A DNA stretch of 64,000 bases, from positions 269,741 to 333,740 of the IMG/VR virus record IMGVR_UViG_3300017565_000001. One strand, given 5' to 3'. This document shows positions 45,863 to 55,339 of the stretch, one piece after another. This DNA comes from a virus. Lineage: Duplodnaviria; Heunggongvirae; Uroviricota; Caudoviricetes. The notes beneath the pieces were generated by a model. It did not search any database, was not told the origin of the DNA, and saw only the letters and a program-made list of their open reading frames with translations. The stretch's first letter is position 1, and every line of letters begins with the position of its first letter. A program made the position numbers and the translations under genes.

Positions 45863-46103
45863 ATGGTTTAAGCGCCTGTTTGATGCTCGACGGCTGCGCG
45901 AAATTGAAATGAACGCAGCCATAATTCTCATGATCGAAACGGTCATGAAGAATACTCGTCATCGCCATAATGATATCGATATCTCAGAAATCGTTGCCTT
46001 AAACGAACGCATGATTGCATTGCGATTTAGGAATATTGACTTGACGGAACGATTGAGTCTTAGGGCACAATCCGTTTTGGTCCAGAAGAAATTAGAAAAA
46101 TGA
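45855..46103 (+). CDS. Hypothetical protein
   Basis: Translationally coupled on both sides. Confidence 0.55.
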   Translation: MTEWFKRLFDARRLREIEMNAAIILMIETVMKNTRHRHNDIDISEIVALNERMIALRFRNIDLTERLSLRAQSVLVQKKLEK

Positions 46104-46522
46104 CAATCAAAACAGTAACGGTTGATCTGGAAACAGATATTGTCTCGGATCCAGAGTTTGTTGCATTGATGGCTGATGACATCTTTTGTGCTGAACTATG
46201 GACTGCGTTTGCTAATCAGGATTGGCAAAAGGTTAGATTCCCTGGCTTTACTGATGCTGAAGTAATCGCATACCGACTGGCCAATGAATCAAAATCTGAT
46301 TGGTATAACTGGGATGTTTGGGGAGCTTCATTTCGTGGTATGGGTGGCGTTATTGCGGGCATTCGCAATGACTGTCATAATATGAATGAAGATTATATTA
46401 ATTGGTATTGTTCCAATCATTCGATTGATGCCAATTATGGTGATATTTCGGAGCGAGTGCTAACCAATCTAGCCAGACTTGGTTGGGAACCGTACTACCC
46501 AGAAACACAGGAAAAGAAATGA
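46100..46522 (+). CDS. Hypothetical protein
   Basis: WGASFRGMGGVIAGIR...DYINWYCS; coupled to the glycosyltransferase. Confidence 0.7.
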   Translation: MTIKTVTVDLETDIVSDPEFVALMADDIFCAELWTAFANQDWQKVRFPGFTDAEVIAYRLANESKSDWYNWDVWGASFRGMGGVIAGIRNDCHNMNEDYINWYCSNHSIDANYGDISERVLTNLARLGWEPYYPETQEKK

Positions 46523-47619
46523 AGAATACAATTTTTATCGTGGACCTTGAAAGTGTCCCGACTCGTTATACTTGCCAATGGCAGGAAGGCCTCCCAGCGG
46601 CACTAGGAAAATACATTGCTGACAACGGTCTCAATTACGACGTCATCAATATCTCGGGCGAAGAAACGGAACAAATCACCACACCTGGTGCCTTTCTGAA
46701 CTTTGCTGGTACAAATGCCTATAAGGCCCAACAAGCAATCGCCATCAGCCAAATGGTTGCTGATGGCCGTGTGCGGGATGGTGATCGTTTTCTGTTCACC
46801 GATGCATGGAATCCAGTCATCATTCAAGTCAAGTACATGATGGAGCTCCTGGGTATTAATGCCAAGCTGCATGGTATCTGGCATGCTGGTTCGTATGATC
46901 CTCAGGATTTCTTGGGGCGTTTGGTCAAGGACAAGCGTTGGAGCTTGAACACCGAACGAGCAATTTTCCATGCACTTGACAAGAACATTTTCGCAACTGA
47001 ATTTCACAAGAAGTTGTTTGTGAATAATGTTCTGTTGTCAACTGAACTGTATGGTGGTGATATCGATGCTGATATTGAATCCAAGATCTATATTTCCGGT
47101 CAACCACACGAAAGTATGGTTGAAGAACTGTCCAAGTTCAGGGGTCGCAAAAAGCGCGATCTGATCCTGTTTCCACACCGCATCGCTCCAGAGAAGCAAC
47201 CAGAAATATTCAAGGATTTGCAAGCCAGTTTGCCTGAATATCAATTCATCATGTGTCAGGAACAGCAACTGACTAAAGATCAGTATCACGAAATGATGGC
47301 TGAGGCCAAAATCGTGTTCAGCGCCAACTTACAAGAAACCCTTGGCATCTCTGCAATGGAAGCCTTTGTGGTTGACACCATCGCGCTTGTTCCTGATCGG
47401 CTTTCGTACGTGGAAATGTATGATGAAACATTTAAGTATGCGTCTGAATGGACGATTGACTGGGATGCATACGTCAAGCACAAGAATCAATTGATTCAAT
47501 CAATCAAAGAGCTGATGAATTTCTTTGATGCCTATCATGTTGACATTGAAACTCAACGTGAACGCCTGCTTGCCGATTACATGAATGCTGATGCCATGTA
47601 TCGAGAATTGACTCAATAA
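46519..47619 (+). CDS. GT-B fold glycosyltransferase (GT4-like)
   Basis: LFPHRIAPEKQP, ANLQETLGISAMEA (ExxGxxxxEA), WHAGSYD. Confidence 0.8.
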   Translation: MKNTIFIVDLESVPTRYTCQWQEGLPAALGKYIADNGLNYDVINISGEETEQITTPGAFLNFAGTNAYKAQQAIAISQMVADGRVRDGDRFLFTDAWNPVIIQVKYMMELLGINAKLHGIWHAGSYDPQDFLGRLVKDKRWSLNTERAIFHALDKNIFATEFHKKLFVNNVLLSTELYGGDIDADIESKIYISGQPHESMVEELSKFRGRKKRDLILFPHRIAPEKQPEIFKDLQASLPEYQFIMCQEQQLTKDQYHEMMAEAKIVFSANLQETLGISAMEAFVVDTIALVPDRLSYVEMYDETFKYASEWTIDWDAYVKHKNQLIQSIKELMNFFDAYHVDIETQRERLLADYMNADAMYRELTQ

Positions 47620-47671
47620 CTGGCAAAAAGAATATTGATAGCTGGTAACTTGCCAGCTAGAATGCTAAATA

Positions 47672-47749
47672 CATGAGGAAGCACTGCCTTCCCATGTCTC
47701 TAGCAAGAGGTTAGAGATAATAACAACAAAGCAATAAGAGGTTGCTCAT
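47672..47749 (+). promoter_or_regulatory. Structured folE leader with three hairpins
   Basis: CATG-A-GGAAG/CTTCC-CATG; TCTCTAGC-AAGAG-GTTAGAGA; AGCAAT-AAGAG-GTTGCT containing the SD. Confidence 0.6.
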
Positions 47750-48433
47750 ATGTCTTTCAATAAAAACAAGGCCGATCCTATTCTGGGTAAGGCTGTTCAT
47801 GAACATCTGGTTTCGCTTGGTCTGGAAACTCCCACCACTGATAAGCTCACGGCTGTCACTGCGAAACAAAAGATTGCCAAAATCGAAAAGCACTTCAAAG
47901 AAATTTTGACCACTCTGGGTCTTGATCTGACTGATGACAGTTTGATCGAAACGCCGACTCGCGTGGCAAAAATGTACGTGAACGAGATCTTCTGGGGTCT
48001 GGATTACGAAGCGTTCCCCAAGTGTACCGCTGTCGAAAACAAGATGCAATACGACGAAATGGTCGTTGAGCGTGACGTTTCTGTTCAATCCAACTGCGAA
48101 CATCACCTGGTGGTGATCGACGGTCTGGCAACTGTGGCATATCTGCCCGGCAAGAAGGTTCTGGGTCTGTCCAAGATCAACCGCGTTGTTGAATACTTTG
48201 CCAAGCGTCCCCAGATTCAAGAGCGTCTGACCAGCCAGATCGCCGCTGCTCTGCAATTCATTCTGGAAACTGAAGATGTTGCCGTTGTGATCAATGCCTC
48301 CCACTACTGCGTGAAGTCGCGCGGTGTTGAAGACACTGGTTCCAGCACCATCACCAGCCACCTGGGTGGTAAGTTCCGCACTGACCCCATGGTCCGTAGC
48401 GAATTCCTGGCGATCGCAAACCATGGTAAGTAA
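47750..48433 (+). CDS. folE: GTP cyclohydrolase I
   Basis: [42 protein letters not shown]. Confidence 0.97.
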   Translation: MSFNKNKADPILGKAVHEHLVSLGLETPTTDKLTAVTAKQKIAKIEKHFKEILTTLGLDLTDDSLIETPTRVAKMYVNEIFWGLDYEAFPKCTAVENKMQYDEMVVERDVSVQSNCEHHLVVIDGLATVAYLPGKKVLGLSKINRVVEYFAKRPQIQERLTSQIAAALQFILETEDVAVVINASHYCVKSRGVEDTGSSTITSHLGGKFRTDPMVRSEFLAIANHGK

Positions 48434-48887
48434 GCGCTTCGTCACCTATGACGATGTGAATACGATGCTGGCCAAAATGTTTCGCGACATGGCCATCGCA
48501 GGTTACAAGCCCGACCTGGTGGTCGGGTTGGTACGTGGTGGTATGGTTCCCGCTATTCACGTCAGTCATTACTTTGATGTTCCCATGATGGCGTTCAAAT
48601 ATAGCCTTCGCGATCATCCAGGCAAGGATGCAGTCGGTAAGTTGACTTCAGAATTGTGGATGGGCCGTAATGTGCTGATCGTTGACGACATCTGTGACGA
48701 AGGCCACACACTGCACGACATCTACACTGAGATCAACATGTTTGATCCCTTGGTGGCAGCATCATGCGTTAAGACGGCTGTTCTCCAACATAATCTGGGT
48801 TCTGGATTATTCACCCCAGATTTCTGTGGCGAAGAGATCAACAAGGTTGAAAAACCCGAGTGGATCGTCTATCCCTGGGAATACTGA
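48423..48887 (+). CDS. Type I phosphoribosyltransferase (purine PRT-like)
   Basis: [14 protein letters not shown] loop [21 protein letters not shown]. Confidence 0.9.
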   Translation: MVSKRFVTYDDVNTMLAKMFRDMAIAGYKPDLVVGLVRGGMVPAIHVSHYFDVPMMAFKYSLRDHPGKDAVGKLTSELWMGRNVLIVDDICDEGHTLHDIYTEINMFDPLVAASCVKTAVLQHNLGSGLFTPDFCGEEINKVEKPEWIVYPWEY

Positions 48888-48893
48888 TCGGGA

Positions 48894-49100
48894 ATGGGGA
48901 AGATCATAAGTCTCCCCACTAAGAAGCATCAGTGGGAAATCAAATTCAAGACGCCAGTTAGACATAAGACTGCTGGCATCCTACCGTTCAAATTGATGCT
49001 GGGCCCCCAGGTCAGTAAAGCCTGGGTGGAAGCCCGAACACTCCAACAAGCACGACACATCGTCAGTCAACACATTCCAGTCAGTGAGTGGGTTGACTGA
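48894..49100 (+). CDS. Small hypothetical protein
   Basis: 68-aa ORF inside the operon. Confidence 0.55.
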   Translation: MGKIISLPTKKHQWEIKFKTPVRHKTAGILPFKLMLGPQVSKAWVEARTLQQARHIVSQHIPVSEWVD

Positions 49101-49160
49101 CGTTTTCTATTTGCGGCATAGTGACAAAGCGTGTCATAATGCCAATCTACTGGAAATATC

Positions 49161-50198
49161 ATGACGACACCAATTCGAGAAAAGCAATACCAATATTCAG
49201 AAATCTTCGGTGACACCTTCCAAGGCGAAGGTCGATACACGGGAGTCCCAACCGTTTGGGTGAGGTTTTGGGGCTGCAACTTCGATTGTAATGGCTTCGG
49301 TCAGGTTGATCCCACCGACCCCAGCACTTATGATCTCAGCTACCAGACTGTTGACATCAGCAACATCAAGCGCATGGAAGACCTGCCTGTTTTCAATACC
49401 GGCTGTGACAGTTCGTATTCATGGGCAAAGAAGTTTGCGCATTTGGCCCACAAAGACACCGTGAGCGAAATGTGCAATAAGCTGGAAGCGTTCATGAAGA
49501 GTGAACATAACCCAGAAGGCAAGTTTTTGCATCCTAAGAGCGGCCAATGGACTCACTTGGCGTTCACAGGCGGTGAACCCATGATGAACCAAAATGCCAT
49601 CGTGGATATCATGCTGGAATTTGCTCGCAGGGGCAACGTGCCCAAATACGTGACTGTTGAAACGAACGGTACACAAAAAGCTCGTGCGAAGTTCGCAGAA
49701 TACCTGGAAGGTATGCCACGTGATGACGACGATCAAGTCGTCCTGTATGACGAATCTTTTGACTACACGAAGTCTTTCTACATGACTGGTCAACGCATCA
49801 TGCGTGGCGAGCAGATGGTTGGGCTCGAAGCCGAACTGGAAGCTCTAAGTGGTATTGAGTGGTTCTGGTCTGTGAGCCCCAAACTGTACTTGAGTGGTGA
49901 ACAAAAGGCCGATGCTTTGCAGCCTGATGTCGTGGCCCATTACGCTCGTTTGAGCAATGTGGGTCAACTCAAATACGTCTGTGATGGCTCAGATCGTGCA
50001 TGGCAGGAAGTAGAAGAATTCACGGCTGCATTCCGTGCCGCAGGGGTTAACTGGCCCGTCTGGATCATGCCAGTGGGAGCCACGGTCGAGGGACAGAACA
50101 AAGTTCAGGCTAAGGTGGCTGAAGAAGCGGTGCGTCGTGGTTATAACGTCGCCGCCCGTGTTCACTGCTTCGTGTTCGCAAACGTTATCGGAAAATAA
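49161..50198 (+). CDS. queE: 7-carboxy-7-deazaguanine synthase (radical SAM)
   Basis: SEIFGDTFQGEGRYTGVPTVWVRFWGCN, CDS, FTGGEP, VETNGT, SVSPK, C-terminal RVH. Confidence 0.9.
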   Translation: MTTPIREKQYQYSEIFGDTFQGEGRYTGVPTVWVRFWGCNFDCNGFGQVDPTDPSTYDLSYQTVDISNIKRMEDLPVFNTGCDSSYSWAKKFAHLAHKDTVSEMCNKLEAFMKSEHNPEGKFLHPKSGQWTHLAFTGGEPMMNQNAIVDIMLEFARRGNVPKYVTVETNGTQKARAKFAEYLEGMPRDDDDQVVLYDESFDYTKSFYMTGQRIMRGEQMVGLEAELEALSGIEWFWSVSPKLYLSGEQKADALQPDVVAHYARLSNVGQLKYVCDGSDRAWQEVEEFTAAFRAAGVNWPVWIMPVGATVEGQNKVQAKVAEEAVRRGYNVAARVHCFVFANVIGK

Positions 50199-50500
50199 TG
50201 GCGCTGATCCAGCTCCCTATTGAAATGTGTAGATCTTCCTTAGAGCGAGTTTCTAAGGAAGATCGAACCATCAGAACTGTTCGACGATTGTCCAAGCAAA
50301 TGAAAAGTTGGCTGAAGAATCGTGACATCGAATACTCGTTTGAACATGTAGTAGAACGCTATAAGATTTCAGATGGCACGCCGAGGGAGTTCATGGGTCA
50401 GATCTATTATTTCGGCCAGAAGTGGCATTTTGAAGAACGCTGCGAACTCACTATTCCAAATGAAGACGCGGCGCTCCAGTTCAGATTGACATGGCTATGA
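50198..50500 (+). CDS. Small protein, FxxxxDAxxFxL family
   Basis: MKSWLKNR...LTIPNEDAALQFRLTWL. Confidence 0.7.
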   Translation: MALIQLPIEMCRSSLERVSKEDRTIRTVRRLSKQMKSWLKNRDIEYSFEHVVERYKISDGTPREFMGQIYYFGQKWHFEERCELTIPNEDAALQFRLTWL

Positions 50501-50790
50501 CTAAAGAACTTTCCGTCGAAGTCCCCACAAAATGGTGGAAACTTATATCAACCAATAACGGCTTTGGTATGGCTTTCACTGGGTTGGAACAAGACATTCG
50601 AACTGACTTGGATGACTTTGACTACCGGGAAGTTCCACCCATGATCATCAGGGAATCACCAGACTCCCTCAAACATGGTATAGTCAACAAGGGGTATCTG
50701 ATTTTCAACACCCCAGAAGAAGCTGTTCGTTTCATCCTCATATGGGGCGATGCTATAGCTAATGACTGGTACACGTGGCAGAGAAAATGA
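50491..50790 (+). CDS. Small protein, FxxxxEAxxFxL family
   Basis: LIFNTPEEAVRFILIWG. Confidence 0.7.
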   Translation: MAMTKELSVEVPTKWWKLISTNNGFGMAFTGLEQDIRTDLDDFDYREVPPMIIRESPDSLKHGIVNKGYLIFNTPEEAVRFILIWGDAIANDWYTWQRK

Positions 50791-51116
50791 CTGACGAATA
50801 CAAGGTATTTGAAATTGTTTACGAACACGAGTTTATCACCTATGAGGAAATTCGTAATGAGAATCTGGGGTACAAGGTCGTTGACAATTCACATCCCTGG
50901 TTGGTGTCAGGATTCCATCATGGTGGCCTAACTGATGATGGTCGAGTCATATTGCGCATCAAGTATCAATTAGATGTCGACGTTTACAATCTATTCTTCC
51001 AGAATGAAATCATGTGCATGGTAATGCGCACCAATAAATTACCATGTGATGAGCTGATAATGGTGTTCGAAACGCCAGAACAAGCTGTTTTAGCTACACT
51101 GCTATGTGACAAGTAA
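50787..51116 (+). CDS. Small protein, FxxxxQAxxxxL family
   Basis: MVFETPEQAVLATLLC. Confidence 0.65.
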   Translation: MTDEYKVFEIVYEHEFITYEEIRNENLGYKVVDNSHPWLVSGFHHGGLTDDGRVILRIKYQLDVDVYNLFFQNEIMCMVMRTNKLPCDELIMVFETPEQAVLATLLCDK

Positions 51117-51169
51117 TTTGTACCAGGTATTGGCGCCAAGTATAATGGTTGTCAACAGGAATAATAACA

Positions 51170-51781
51170 ATGAAACTACCATTTGGATGGCTGCCCGGCC
51201 ATTGGGGTCTTAAAGGCACCACTCGGGCAATTGCAAAAGCTGAATACGAGTTGACAGGCTACGACTTGGATGCTGAGCTCGTTAAGATCAAGTATCAGGA
51301 TGAGCCCAACAAATTGGGTAGCGAACTTGATCGAGTCATGTTGAAGCATGGCAAAATCACACAACGTGAATTCGATACTGCGCAAGCACACCGTGAATAC
51401 ACGGGGACAAAGCTTGACGCAGTATTGCTTGAAATTGCATACGATTATGGCGAGTTGACTGACAACGAGTTCAACAAGAAGTTGGCCACACTTAAGGGTG
51501 AGCCGTATATCGCAGTGATTGACAGCGACTATGATCCTGAACTGGTTCTGGATGGCTTTCACTTTGAATTTGACTGGAATGAAAAGTGGATTGAAACCCT
51601 GATTGCACACGGTTACGCGGGCGCAAGCGAGGACTTGGTCGTTCAAGCCTGGTTTGAAGACGTGTGTCGTGGTGTTGTAAGCGACAGCTTCAATCAGAAC
51701 ACGGTTCCATTTAATAGCCAGGGCCCCCAGCGCCCCACCAATCGCATTCCAAGGGAAGGCGGCAAGGCTGATTATACCTAA
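51170..51781 (+). CDS. Hypothetical phage protein
   Basis: ATLKGEPYI...FEFDWN...VQAWFEDVCR; own sigma70-like promoter. Confidence 0.75.
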   Translation: MKLPFGWLPGHWGLKGTTRAIAKAEYELTGYDLDAELVKIKYQDEPNKLGSELDRVMLKHGKITQREFDTAQAHREYTGTKLDAVLLEIAYDYGELTDNEFNKKLATLKGEPYIAVIDSDYDPELVLDGFHFEFDWNEKWIETLIAHGYAGASEDLVVQAWFEDVCRGVVSDSFNQNTVPFNSQGPQRPTNRIPREGGKADYT

Positions 51782-51798
51782 AAGAACTGGAGAAATTC

Positions 51799-52812
51799 TT
51801 GTCAAAATATATTGTGGTTGACGCAGCCAACCTTTTCTTCCGCTGCATTCATGGCGCTCAAGGTGACGCTTATTCAAAGGCTGGTTTAGCCCTTCACATC
51901 ATTCTGCGCTCAATCAAGAAGCTGTGGCGTGAACAGAAGGCAGATCATATCGTATTCGCTCTTGAATCAAAGAGCTGGCGCTACGAAATCTTCCCCAAGT
52001 ACAAGGCTCACCGTAAGGTTGCTGCACAATTGAAATCGGTTAGGGAGCAAGAAGATGATATGGTTTATAGGGAAACGCTTGACGAGTTCAACAATTTCCT
52101 GAAGACAAAAACCAATACCACCGTTCTTCAGTGTGACCGAGCCGAGGGTGATGACTTCATTGCCCGCTGGACGCAAGTTCACCCAGACGATGAACACATT
52201 ATTGTGAGTAGTGACACTGACTTCATCCAACTATTGGCTGATAACGTTAGCATTTACGACGGCGTGAAGGACATCATGATCAAGCCCGACGGCGTGTTCA
52301 ATGCTGACGGTGCTCCCCTGAAGTTCACAGTAAAAAGCGACGGCAAGCTGAAGATTGGCGAAGAAGTTGACATGGTTAATGGTGACTTTGAAGTCGAACC
52401 CGAATGGTGGCGCCGTGCGCTGTTCATGAAGTGTATGCGTGGTGATTCCGGTGATGGCATTTTCAGTGCATATCCCAAAGTTCGCGAGACCAAGCTGAAG
52501 GCTGCGTGGGAAGATCGAATCGAACGTGGCTACAACTGGAACAACCTGATGCTTCAGACGTGGGATGATGCCGGTCAGGAAGCCAAAGTTCAAGACCGTT
52601 ATGAGTTCAACCGTGAATTGATTGACTTGACTCGCCAACCCCAGGACGTCAAGGATATCATGGATCAAGCCATTGTTGAAGCGGTGTCTCAACCCAGTAA
52701 AACAGGTGTTGGTATTCACTTTCTGCGGTTCTGTGAAAAGAACGGTTTGGTGAACGTCAGCAAAGAAGCCAAAGACCATACGGGCTACTTGAACGCCCCA
52801 TATGCAAAGTGA
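51799..52812 (+). CDS. rnh: RNase H / 5'-3' flap exonuclease (T4 rnh-like)
   Basis: VDAANLFFR, WRYEIFPKYKAHR, EGDDFI, SSDTDFIQL, GDSGDGI. Confidence 0.9.
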   Translation: MSKYIVVDAANLFFRCIHGAQGDAYSKAGLALHIILRSIKKLWREQKADHIVFALESKSWRYEIFPKYKAHRKVAAQLKSVREQEDDMVYRETLDEFNNFLKTKTNTTVLQCDRAEGDDFIARWTQVHPDDEHIIVSSDTDFIQLLADNVSIYDGVKDIMIKPDGVFNADGAPLKFTVKSDGKLKIGEEVDMVNGDFEVEPEWWRRALFMKCMRGDSGDGIFSAYPKVRETKLKAAWEDRIERGYNWNNLMLQTWDDAGQEAKVQDRYEFNRELIDLTRQPQDVKDIMDQAIVEAVSQPSKTGVGIHFLRFCEKNGLVNVSKEAKDHTGYLNAPYAK

Positions 52813-52869
52813 AAATATTGATATGATGTGATAGCCATTGCATCATATCAGTCAACACATAAGATAATC

Positions 52870-53418
52870 ATGCCGATTGAAAACGAACGGAAATATGTCC
52901 TAAGGGACGAAGATTCATCTGGATTTAAGGCTAAACTGGTAACTATGCCAGGTGCAACGTCCTTGGATCTGAAACAAGGTTACCTGGACAAAGCCAATCG
53001 AATCCGGTCAATCCGTCGACTGGACGGGACGGTCCAATACTTGTTCACCTACAAGACAAAAGTGAACGGCAACCAGATTGAAATTGAAAACGAAATCTCG
53101 GAACGTGACTTCAACAGTCTGTGGACTCTCGTAGGTAATGTCATTACCAAAACTCGGATTGTTGTCCCATTTGGGGATTACAAATGGGAAGTAGACTTCC
53201 TGCATAGCTACAAGAAGAAAACGCTGGGTGAGTGCTATCTGGTTATGGCAGAAGTTGAGTTGCCAGAAGATCAGGAGCTCCCCAATCAAGTGCCCGACTT
53301 CATATCCGAAAACCTGGTTTATCTGGTTCCCCGGGATGATCGCCGCTTTATTAATCGTAATCTATCTAGGGTTGGTACCGTCAAGCAGATGGTCCAAGAA
53401 TTGAAAAATGTCCAATAA
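52870..53418 (+). CDS. CYTH-domain triphosphatase
   Basis: ENERKY (ExExK), QGYL, RIR, EIENEI, KTR, WEVDF, AEVEL. Confidence 0.85.
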   Translation: MPIENERKYVLRDEDSSGFKAKLVTMPGATSLDLKQGYLDKANRIRSIRRLDGTVQYLFTYKTKVNGNQIEIENEISERDFNSLWTLVGNVITKTRIVVPFGDYKWEVDFLHSYKKKTLGECYLVMAEVELPEDQELPNQVPDFISENLVYLVPRDDRRFINRNLSRVGTVKQMVQELKNVQ

Positions 53419-53884
53419 CGTAAATCTACACAAAGTCACAGCCAACTGCTGGATTGCCAACACAAATGGCAGCCCCATTGCATTGATTCATCGGGGCGAT
53501 GATCACTATCTGTACATGACTCCGGATGGTTCCCAGAAGTTCAAAAACATGGCTGACATCAAGACCTATCTGGGTGGTACTGTCAAGGAACAGATTACCG
53601 AAGCCAAGTCAGGACTTGACAGCGAGGCAATGGAAGATATTGATGGCTTCCCGGTCAAGCACGCAAACATCTCGGTAGAAACTGGTGGTGAACGCCCCGT
53701 TTACGTGCGCGGTAAGAAGATTCAACACGTGGCTGGATACTGGTGCATCAAGTTCAGCAAGAGCTGGGTGCCAAGCTTCTGCCCACTGCTCAATACGGTC
53801 GAAAAGTATCAGAGCGCCGGTCCTTTCAAGACTCGGCTGGAAATGATGAACAACCTTTCTGAACTCAACAGGGCCGCTAAATAA
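53408..53884 (+). CDS. Hypothetical phage protein
   Basis: AGYWCIKF...FCP...GPFKT; coupled to CYTH. Confidence 0.75.
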   Translation: MSNNVNLHKVTANCWIANTNGSPIALIHRGDDHYLYMTPDGSQKFKNMADIKTYLGGTVKEQITEAKSGLDSEAMEDIDGFPVKHANISVETGGERPVYVRGKKIQHVAGYWCIKFSKSWVPSFCPLLNTVEKYQSAGPFKTRLEMMNNLSELNRAAK

Positions 53885-53904
53885 TTGCCCTGAAGGAGAG
53901 AAAT

Positions 53905-54168
53905 ATGAAGATTGAAGTATATTCCAAGACCGTTTGTCCGTTCTGCACCCAAGCCAAAGCTTGGTTGAAGAATAACGGATTTGAGTACCAGGAAGTAAAC
54001 CTGGACAACGACGAAGAGCGTATGGCCTTTTACGAACGAGTCGGGAACGGCGTTCGTACTGTTCCACAAATCTATGTTGATGGTACTCGCCTGGGTGGCT
54101 TTCAGGACCTTATCAAGAGTGACTTGATCGAACGCCGTAACGCCAGTTCGTTCGACGAGGATTTCTGA
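53905..54168 (+). CDS. grx: Glutaredoxin
   Basis: CPFC, TVPQI, GGF. Confidence 0.95.
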   Translation: MKIEVYSKTVCPFCTQAKAWLKNNGFEYQEVNLDNDEERMAFYERVGNGVRTVPQIYVDGTRLGGFQDLIKSDLIERRNASSFDEDF

Positions 54169-54373
54169 GCGCCCGTTACAGTATAGTTCTTGCTAACCTT
54201 TGCGAGTTTCTATATTGTATACAAATGGCGTAGGTAGCCAGACAGCGACAAACTCAATAATAAGGCCCCAGACAATGATCTGGGGCCATTCATTTGGTGA
54301 ATTAAAGTGAGGGTTCACTTGGTAGGGGTATGGCATAAATATGTGGTAAGTTCATTAGTGAGGTAATGATAAA

Positions 54374-54697
54374 ATGAGCCGCCCGAAGCCGTCTGTTCTG
54401 CTGAATCACACTGACAGCAGAACTTATAAAAGCGAGCAGATCCTCGCTGCTGACGCCATTTATGCCGTGTTTTATGAAGGTAAACCCATCAACTTGCGCT
54501 CACTAAATAGTTTGGTGAACTATCCAGGGCCCAAGTACAAGAAGGTCTCGTTCAGTAATCCTGGACATGCATTCAATCTAGCCGAAAAGCTGAATGCTCT
54601 GTTCAAGACTGACAAGTTCGAGGTCTTCAAGCTAACCCAAGGCGAGAAGGTCAAAGAATTCCAGGAATCCGATGACAATCCACCAGAAGATAGCTGA
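54374..54697 (+). CDS. Hypothetical late protein
   Basis: TAAATA at 54336; GAGG SD; YPGPKYKKVSFSNPGHAFNLA. Confidence 0.8.
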   Translation: MSRPKPSVLLNHTDSRTYKSEQILAADAIYAVFYEGKPINLRSLNSLVNYPGPKYKKVSFSNPGHAFNLAEKLNALFKTDKFEVFKLTQGEKVKEFQESDDNPPEDS

Positions 54698-55103
54698 AGC
54701 ACTGATAATACAAGCTGAAGCAAAAAGCAGTCCCCTGAAGAACTTGCTGGATGGTAAAACTGTCCAGCAAGTTTGCCATTTGATTTTCATGAATTATCGT
54801 GAGGGTAACGGTCGAACCGTCAAAGGTCTTCGTTTAAGCGATACTGGCCTACAACTCATGAAAGCTTTCTTCCAATGCCATGATGTGACTCTGACACCAG
54901 GGTATCGCATCACTGCCCCACATCTCATCTATATGGATCGCGTCAATCGCATGCCATATTGGTTCAACAATTCCTATTGCGCAATGTTCGACACCGAGCT
55001 CGCCATGATGCTCAAACTGGCAGATGGCAAGATCCAAGGATTGATCGATATGCGTTTTAGGCTCGTCTCTTCTGACTCTACGCTGAATCCAGACCAAGAC
55101 TAG
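54672..55103 (+). CDS. Hypothetical protein
   Basis: GLRLSDTG motif; overlaps the upstream gene. Confidence 0.7.
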   Translation: MTIHQKIAEALIIQAEAKSSPLKNLLDGKTVQQVCHLIFMNYREGNGRTVKGLRLSDTGLQLMKAFFQCHDVTLTPGYRITAPHLIYMDRVNRMPYWFNNSYCAMFDTELAMMLKLADGKIQGLIDMRFRLVSSDSTLNPDQD

Positions 55104-55339
55104 GTCTGACTTCCGCAACATCCCACACCACTGTTACAATTTAGTGAATGGCGCAAACCTAGAATCCAAGCGGTTTGCCAGTCCACCAACTTTTTATTTG
55201 ATGAAAAATCAATAAATTCGCTTGACTGGCATTTCATTGTTCTTTAATCTTGCTTTTGTGCTGAAACACAAAGCGCAAGCGCAACAAGCGCAGCAAGTAT
55301 TAAGTAACCCGCCCGCATAAAGCCAAGGAGCTAAATTCG

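Noticed and set aside
47697-47749. Canonical preQ1-I riboswitch in the folE leader
   Set aside because: AGAGGTT resembles the start of the B. subtilis aptamer, but the complementary CCTCT P1 strand and the UUCxxxxxxC loop are missing. Kept only as an unclassified structured leader.
54166-54231. SECIS or readthrough element after the glutaredoxin TGA
   Set aside because: An in-frame TAG follows after five codons and the CPFC active site is already complete.
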